Of a stretch of DNA of 64,000 bases, positions 57,799-64,000 are shown piece by piece. Under the pieces are notes generated by a model that saw only the letters and a program-made list of their open reading frames with translations, was not told the DNA's origin and did not search any database. Location: contig JBFXJJ010000001.1 of assembly GCA_050175015.1 (NCBI GenBank), positions 128,001 through 192,000 of the forward strand, given 5' to 3'. Source of the stretch: Alphaproteobacteria bacterium (GTDB taxonomy: Bacteria; Pseudomonadota; Alphaproteobacteria; JBFXJJ01). Each line of letters opens with the position of its first letter. Positions within the stretch are counted from its first letter, which is position 1. A program made the position numbers and the translations under genes.

Positions 57799-58515
57799 AT
57801 GCGTCCATCAAAAAGAAAAGAAAACGAACTAAGAAAAATAACTATAGAAAAAAATATAAATAAACACGCAGAAGGTTCCTGTTTAATTTCTTGTGGTGAT
57901 ACAAAGGTAATATGCACAGCCTCATTAGAAGACAAAGTTCCGCCTTTTGTTAGAGGTACAGGACACGGCTGGGTTACAGCAGAATATGGTATGCTGCCAA
58001 GAGCAACCGAAACCAGAATCAACCGCGAAGCTAAATCTGGTGGTCAAGGCGGCAGAACAATGGAAATTCAAAGACTTATTGGTCGCTCTTTACGTGCAGC
58101 TGTAGATATGAAAGCCCTTGGAGAAATCTCAATTAAAATCGACTGTGATGTCATTCAAGCCGATGGCGGCACTAGGACAGCATCAATTACTGGCGGTTTT
58201 ATTGCTCTATACCTTGCTTTACAAAAATTAAAAAAAGAAGGCAAAATTACAGCAATGCCTATTACAAGACAAGTTGCAGCGATATCTTGCGGTATTTATA
58301 AAGGTAAATGTGTTTTAGATTTAGACTATGCTGAGGACTCTAGTGCCGATGCCGATACTAACTTTGTAATGGATTCTAATGGTGGTCTTATTGAAATTCA
58401 AGGAACAGCAGAAAAAGAACCTTTTACAAAAGAACAATATTTAGAGCTGATGTCCCTTGCAGAAAAAGGTATATTTGAATTAAATGCCCTGCAAAAAGAG
58501 GTTTTAGAAATATGA
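57799..58515 (+). CDS. rph: Ribonuclease PH
   Basis: [30 protein letters not shown]. Confidence 0.98.
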   Translation: MRPSKRKENELRKITIEKNINKHAEGSCLISCGDTKVICTASLEDKVPPFVRGTGHGWVTAEYGMLPRATETRINREAKSGGQGGRTMEIQRLIGRSLRAAVDMKALGEISIKIDCDVIQADGGTRTASITGGFIALYLALQKLKKEGKITAMPITRQVAAISCGIYKGKCVLDLDYAEDSSADADTNFVMDSNGGLIEIQGTAEKEPFTKEQYLELMSLAEKGIFELNALQKEVLEI

Positions 58516-59114
58516 AAAAATTTAAAGATAACAAATTAGTTTTGGCTAGTCATAATAAAGGAAAATTAGTTGAAATCAAAGAGATGCTGGCTCCTTTTAA
58601 TATAGAGGTTTTGTCTGCTGGCGACTTTAATCTTGATGAACCCGAAGAAACAGGAACGACTTTTGCGGAAAATGCTCTTTTAAAAGCTAACTATGTTGCC
58701 TCCAAGACTGGTTATACTGCTTTAGCCGATGACTCGGGATTATGCGTTAATGCCCTAGATGGACAGCCTGGCATTTACTCGGCACGATGGGCGGGCGAAA
58801 ACAAAGACTTTATTTATGCTATGAATAAAGTTAATAACAAATTAGAAGAGTTAAAAACCAATGACAGATCTGCTTATTTTGCCTGTGTTTTAGCCTTAGT
58901 ATGCCCTGAGAACAAAGAAGAATATACCTTTGAAGGACGAGTTGAAGGGGATTTAATCTGGCCGATAAGCGGCAATAATGGCTTCGGCTTTGACCCTATG
59001 TTTATGCCTAAAGGTTATGATAAAACCTTTGGCGAATTGGATCATTCCATAAAGCAAACGATTTCTCACCGCTCTAATGCCTTTAAAAAATTCAAAGCTT
59101 TTTTAGAAAAGTAA
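58512..59114 (+). CDS. rdgB: dITP/XTP pyrophosphatase
   Basis: ASHNKGK, ADDSGL, GFGFDP, SHR. Confidence 0.97.
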   Translation: MKKFKDNKLVLASHNKGKLVEIKEMLAPFNIEVLSAGDFNLDEPEETGTTFAENALLKANYVASKTGYTALADDSGLCVNALDGQPGIYSARWAGENKDFIYAMNKVNNKLEELKTNDRSAYFACVLALVCPENKEEYTFEGRVEGDLIWPISGNNGFGFDPMFMPKGYDKTFGELDHSIKQTISHRSNAFKKFKAFLEK

Positions 59115-59117
59115 TCA

Positions 59118-60239
59118 ATGCAAAGTCTTTATATCCATTTTCCTTTCTGCCTTAAAAAATGTGCATATTGTGCATTTAACAGCTATCCTATGGGTGAAAT
59201 TGATTTTAAAGCGTGGCTGGAAAAATATTTAGTCGCTCTAAATTCTTTTGCCGATAATATGGATAAAAAACCTTTGAGTTCCATCTATTTTGGCGGGGGA
59301 ACACCATCGCTTATGCCCGAATTTATGTTGGCAGAACTTGTTGAAAATGCAGAGAAAATTCTTGGTTTTTCTGATAACATTGAAATCTCTATTGAAGCCA
59401 ACCCCAACACAATTAACCAAAATATGGTTAATGGCATAAAAAATGCTGGAATTAATAGGCTCTCAATCGGGATTCAGTCTTTTAATGATAAAGAATTAAC
59501 CTTTTTGGGGCGTATCCACAACGTGAAAGAGGCTCTGCAAGCATTTGAAATCGCTCATAAAACTTTCCAAAACATCTCTATTGATTTAATTTATGGACTG
59601 CCTGAACAAACGTTAGATGACTGGCATAAAAATTTAGAGCAAGCTCTAACTTTAAAATGCCCTCATTACTCTTTATATCAGTTATCAATAGAGAAAGGCT
59701 CTTTGCTGGAAACTAGAAAATTACCAGCTGTCGATGACGATACGGCACTTAATATGCTTAAACTTAATCAGTCCTTACTAAAAACCGAAGATATTCAGCA
59801 ATATGAAGTTTCTAATTATGCTCTATCGGGTTATGAATGCCGCCATAACATTTTAGGCTGGCAAGGATATGATTATATTGGTATTGGGGCTGGTGCCTGC
59901 TCTAGAATTACTTCTGATCACAAATTCTTAAGCATAATTCAAGAAGCCAACCCTCAAAAATGGTTTGATAACCCTCAAGATATGATTTGTGAGACCTTAA
60001 CTCCTATCACAAGAGCCGAAGAACTAGTAATACTAGGCTTAAGACTGCACGAAGGCATTAATAGCAATGTTTTTTATCAAAACTGCGGCAAAAATCTTCT
60101 TGATGTTATTGATGAAAAAGTTTTATCCGATTTTTGTGAATCAAACCTATTGATTTTTGAAGATAATATTTTAAAAACAACCGAAAGCGGCTTGTTAGTC
60201 CTAGATTATTTGTTATTAAAGCTTTTAAAAACTTTATAA
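59118..60239 (+). CDS. hemW: Radical SAM heme chaperone HemW
   Basis: YIHFPFCLKKCAYCAF, FGGGTPS, YEVSN, HN; position after rph-rdgB. Confidence 0.92.
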   Translation: MQSLYIHFPFCLKKCAYCAFNSYPMGEIDFKAWLEKYLVALNSFADNMDKKPLSSIYFGGGTPSLMPEFMLAELVENAEKILGFSDNIEISIEANPNTINQNMVNGIKNAGINRLSIGIQSFNDKELTFLGRIHNVKEALQAFEIAHKTFQNISIDLIYGLPEQTLDDWHKNLEQALTLKCPHYSLYQLSIEKGSLLETRKLPAVDDDTALNMLKLNQSLLKTEDIQQYEVSNYALSGYECRHNILGWQGYDYIGIGAGACSRITSDHKFLSIIQEANPQKWFDNPQDMICETLTPITRAEELVILGLRLHEGINSNVFYQNCGKNLLDVIDEKVLSDFCESNLLIFEDNILKTTESGLLVLDYLLLKLLKTL

Positions 60240-60830
60240 CTAGTTTTATTTTTTGGGGCTAAAATAAAAATTATTATCAAACTTAAGGCATCACTTTAAG
60301 AAAAATTAGAAACTAAAATCTCTTAAACTAATACCTTTTTTTAAAAATCTAACTATATGTTTTTTTGACCAAAAGAGCTTTAAAACCTGTCATTATTGTT
60401 TTCTTAGCTGATATTAGAAAATTTAAGCTCTTTAATTATTATAATAGTTTTTCATCCACTCTTACTTTTTATAATTTTAAATATACCTATTCGATTGTAA
60501 GATTTTCATAGAGATTATTTACAAAGAGATTCTAAATAATACCTATATTTTATTGTTTTTAACAATATGCTTTAAATTAAAATAAAGATAAAATTTTATT
60601 TAATTTTATTGTTTATTTTCATTATAATCGTGAATTTCATATTGTGATTCTATTTACCTATATAAACCTTTTATCTATTTACATTTTACCTATTTTATGC
60701 CATATTTTAATTATAGAGGGGGGGAAACCTTAAATTTAAAAGTGGCTTTAGTGATGCTTAACCTTCTATCTAGGGTTGAAAAGCCGCTTTTTTAAACTTT
60801 ATGTTTTTGCAAACGTTAAAATTAAACATT

Positions 60831-60875
60831 AAAAATAGCTATTCTTTTGCATCAAGTTTTAAGAATAGCTATTTT
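60831..60875 (-). terminator. Probable terminator downstream of the lpoA-like gene
   Basis: AAAATAGCTATTCTT...AAGAATAGCTATTTT inverted repeat. Confidence 0.55.
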
Positions 60876-60899
60876 GTTTATCAGCAATTTTAACTGAAC

Positions 60900-62351
60900 T
60901 TATTCAACAATTTGAGTTTTTATTTCACTATCGTTCTCATTATCCTGAATAAATAAATCATCATTGTTTATATCTGGCACAAAACTATCAGGAGCGGGTT
61001 CAACTATGATAGACCCTTTTTTATTAATCTCAACAATAGCAAGTCCACGTTCACTATATCCCGATGGCAGCAAACGAAAAATGCCGTCAATTCCTGCAAA
61101 GCCATTAGGGTTTGTTAATTCTTCTTTAGAAAAATCCGTGTCATCTTTACCTCTTGCGATAGCTGATGCTAGGGCAACAGCATCATATGCCAAAGACGCA
61201 ACTCTTGGCGCTTTAGTTTTAAAATAGTTTTCATATCTTGCTTGAAATGCCTCACTAGCTTCTTTAGGAAGAGCAGTATACCAGCCTCCTTGCAATGAGC
61301 TTTCTCTTATTAAACTGGAATCATCCCAAAGCGATGTTCCCAAGAATTTTACTTTTGATGGCAAAACATCATAATAAGGAAGCATTGAAGCTAAAGAGCG
61401 GAGTTTAGAACCCCCTTCTGCCAGTAAAATCATATCAAATTCAACATCGCCTAACGTGTCAACCTGCTCTAATTTTTCTAATGCCGCTTTTGAAACTTCG
61501 TCCTCCAGACCCTCTAAAAGTTTTTTCTGTTCTTCTAAATTCTGGACTCTCAAATCATAATCTGAAATTTCTTTTACAACTTGAGAAAAATCATTAATCG
61601 ATGGGTCGTAATAGCTGGTTTTATACACTTCAATTCCAGCGTTAGATGCAACCTGCGCTGCGGAATTAGCTATTGTTAAGCCTGTATCATTATCAGGAGC
61701 AATAATGGCGAGTTTGGCATAGTTGTTTTGTTTGGCATAAGATAAGATTTTTTCAACCTGCTGGTTCAACAGCAACCCAATAGTATAAACACCGTCACCA
61801 ACAACATAAGGATCATTAGAAAACGTAATAACATTAATTCCTTTGCGATTCGCAAGCTTAGCAACAGGCGTTACCGATGCTGAAAAAACAGGACCTATTA
61901 TCAGTTTAACGCCATGATTAATAGCTTCTTTTGTTGCCTCAACGGCTTGTTCTGGAGTTCCAGCGGTATCATAAAACTGCAAAATGATATTATCTAACGC
62001 AACTTCATATTGCGCCATCAATGCGGCATTGCGCAAAGCAAGTCCTATTTTAGAAGCATTACCAGTAAGAGGTAAAAGCACCCCTATTCTTATATAATTA
62101 GAATTTGTTTCTTTAATATTCTGTGATGAAACATCTGAAAGATTTTCTTCACCAGTAAAAAAAACGTCTTCATCTAACGGCTTAGTATCGGCATCAACCG
62201 CAGAATTTCCAATATTTCTTAGAATTGGAATTTTGTTTCTGCTCGGCATATTTTCGCAGGCAGTTAATAATAATACCAACGTAAGCAAAATACCCGATAT
62301 TCCATAAGACTTAAGTTTTTTTAAAAAAGACAACAAGGATTCTCTCCACAA
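60900..62351 (-). CDS. Penicillin-binding protein activator LpoA/LppC-like lipoprotein
   Basis: LLTAC lipobox, IGVLLPLTG, YDTAG, LAYDA, GFAGIDGIFR, RGLAI; divergent from rsmI. Confidence 0.85.
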   Translation of the reverse strand: MWRESLLSFLKKLKSYGISGILLTLVLLLTACENMPSRNKIPILRNIGNSAVDADTKPLDEDVFFTGEENLSDVSSQNIKETNSNYIRIGVLLPLTGNASKIGLALRNAALMAQYEVALDNIILQFYDTAGTPEQAVEATKEAINHGVKLIIGPVFSASVTPVAKLANRKGINVITFSNDPYVVGDGVYTIGLLLNQQVEKILSYAKQNNYAKLAIIAPDNDTGLTIANSAAQVASNAGIEVYKTSYYDPSINDFSQVVKEISDYDLRVQNLEEQKKLLEGLEDEVSKAALEKLEQVDTLGDVEFDMILLAEGGSKLRSLASMLPYYDVLPSKVKFLGTSLWDDSSLIRESSLQGGWYTALPKEASEAFQARYENYFKTKAPRVASLAYDAVALASAIARGKDDTDFSKEELTNPNGFAGIDGIFRLLPSGYSERGLAIVEINKKGSIIVEPAPDSFVPDINNDDLFIQDNENDSEIKTQIVE

Positions 62352-62427
62352 AATACAAAACTAATGATAACTTACTTCTTAACAAAAATAACATTTTATC
62401 AAAACATAAAACTTAAAACAAAAAAAT

Positions 62428-63261
62428 ATGAAATCAGGTTTATATATAATTGCAACCCCAATCGGTAATATGGAAGACATAACTTTAAGAGCGCTTGAAA
62501 CTCTTAAAACCGTTGATGTTGTTGCTTGCGAAGACACAAGAGTTACATCTAAATTATTTTCTCGTTATGGCATAAAAACTCCTCTTATTTCTTATCACGA
62601 TCATAATGTTCAAACGATGATTCCTAAAATTATTTCCCGAATCGAACGAGGAGAAGCAATCGGTCTAGTATCTGATGCAGGAACTCCTATAATTTCTGAT
62701 CCTGGTTTCAAACTAGTAAACACTCTTTTAGAACACAAACTCTATGTCACAACTATTCCAGGAGCTTCAGCTGCAACATCAGCCTTAACTCTTTCAGGAA
62801 TAGCATCTGATAAATTTATGTTTGCAGGTTTTCCTCCTCCCAAGACTAAAGCTAGATGTGATTTTTTTAATGATTTTAAAAATATCCCTGCAACTTTGAT
62901 ATTTTATGAATCTCCTAAACGGCTTTTAGCCTCACTTCAAGATATGCTTAAAATCTTTGGTGATAGAGAATGCGCTGTAATTCGAGAAATTACTAAGATT
63001 TATGAAGAAATTAATAAAAATAATCTCGGCGCTTTGGTTAATTATTATGAAAACAGTGATACTCCTAGAGGCGAAATTGTAATTGTCGTATCACGTCTTG
63101 ATGAGAGCAAAAAAGAAGTAAGCCAAGACGAAGTCATCTCTTTTTTAAAAGACTGCCTGCAAAAAGGCATATCAATTAAAGACGCATCTCAAATGGCATC
63201 AACTAGTTTTGATATTCCCAAAAAAGAGGCTTATCAAACAGCTTTAAAAATTAAGGAATAG
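62428..63261 (+). CDS. rsmI: 16S rRNA (C1402) 2'-O-methyltransferase
   Basis: ATPIGN, CEDTR, SDAGTP.ISDPG, YESPKR, REITK.YEE. Confidence 0.97.
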   Translation: MKSGLYIIATPIGNMEDITLRALETLKTVDVVACEDTRVTSKLFSRYGIKTPLISYHDHNVQTMIPKIISRIERGEAIGLVSDAGTPIISDPGFKLVNTLLEHKLYVTTIPGASAATSALTLSGIASDKFMFAGFPPPKTKARCDFFNDFKNIPATLIFYESPKRLLASLQDMLKIFGDRECAVIREITKIYEEINKNNLGALVNYYENSDTPRGEIVIVVSRLDESKKEVSQDEVISFLKDCLQKGISIKDASQMASTSFDIPKKEAYQTALKIKE

Positions 63262-63270
63262 ATTTTTTCA

Positions 63271-63639
63271 TTGTTATCGCAATCAGGCAGAAAAGGCAAA
63301 ATGGCAGAAAAAATCGCCGCCTTTTATCTAAAAATAAATGGATACAAAATAATAAAAAAGAACTACCGCCCCAAAAAAGGCATTGGAGCTGGAGAAGTTG
63401 ATATCATTGTTTTAAAAGATAATGTCTTAGTTTTTGTAGAGGTAAAAGCTAGGGAAAATGAAGAACTAGCAGCTTATTCCATTTTGCCCGAACAAATGAA
63501 ACGTATCATAAGAAGTGCCGAGATTTTTCTAGCTGAAAATCCAGATATGGCAGAATATGATTTACGCTTCGATGCTGTTTTAATGGGAAATATGCAAATT
63601 CCTGTCCATATAAAAGATGCTTTCCGAGCAGATTTTTAG
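63271..63639 (+). CDS. yraN: YraN family PD-(D/E)XK protein
   Basis: GEVDII, FVEVKAR, RFDAV; follows rsmI. Confidence 0.92.
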   Translation: MLSQSGRKGKMAEKIAAFYLKINGYKIIKKNYRPKKGIGAGEVDIIVLKDNVLVFVEVKARENEELAAYSILPEQMKRIIRSAEIFLAENPDMAEYDLRFDAVLMGNMQIPVHIKDAFRADF

Positions 63640-63797
63640 TCTTTATTTTTATTAACACAACGAAACAATACTGAAAAAACAATGGCTTCAATCCTGTAAA
63701 AAATTGAAGGTTGACAAAAAGTATCAAGAAGTTACTTAATAAACCCACAATGTTTTATACATTAAATTTCTTAAATCAAAAAGAAAGGTAATTTGTA

Positions 63798-64000
63798 ATG
63801 AATGATTTGTCGGTCAATTTTATTATGCCCGATCTGGCTACTTTAAGAGTTCAAAATGTATCTGCTATTGCTCTTGGTATGGAAGCTGAACGTCGTGGTT
63901 ATAAAATCTGCCATACTTGCGAGAACGACATTACCTACAAAGAAGGAAAGGTTATTGCCAGAGTTAGAGATGCCTCCCAGATTAAGCCTGAACAAGGCAG
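63798..64000 (+). CDS. gshB: Probable glutathione synthetase N-terminus, truncated by window end
   Basis: ATG 63798 after AAAGG gives MNDLSVNFIMPDLATLRVQNVSAIALGMEAERRGYKI, a divergent match to the GshB N-domain; rsmI-yraN-gshB synteny. Confidence 0.6.
   Translation, partial: MNDLSVNFIMPDLATLRVQNVSAIALGMEAERRGYKICHTCENDITYKEGKVIARVRDASQIKPEQG

Noticed and set aside
60240-60680. AT-rich gap as oriC
   Set aside because: Only one poor DnaA-box-like match; no box cluster.

Overview
Low-GC (roughly one third G+C by eye) bacterial chromosome segment. Core gene order (dnaK-dnaJ-dapB-nth, grpE/rph-rdgB-hemW, lpoA-like/rsmI-yraN-gshB) suggests an alphaproteobacterium. Four zones: (1) 1-13.05 kb is an integrase-bearing accessory island abutting the 3' end of tRNA-Lys(CTT). 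It carries the tail of a type II CBASS operon (cyclase end, Cap2, Cap3), a DUF2958 pair, a tyrosine integrase and an excisionase-like gene broken by an A8 tract. It also holds a cassette (DnaQ exonuclease, UDG-fold protein, small hypothetical, MBL-fold hydrolase, DriD-like WYL regulator) whose promoters share a DriD/PafBC-type motif, and a phospholipase C-like/lipoprotein pair between duplicated terminator-containing repeats. (2) 13.9-25.4 kb is a two-component cluster with three recently duplicated histidine kinases and a duplicated promoter. (3) 25.6-41.3 kb is a molybdate uptake, Moco synthesis and selenium-dependent molybdenum hydroxylase maturation cluster with no target enzyme in view. 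(4) 41.6-64 kb has a SUKH immunity gene plus an HNH/alpha-beta-hydrolase fusion, followed by housekeeping genes. The best candidate for an undescribed system is the putative ssDNA-sensing DriD regulon of nucleic-acid-processing enzymes in the island; the HNH-hydrolase fusion is second. All family assignments come from motif recognition by eye; no searches were run.
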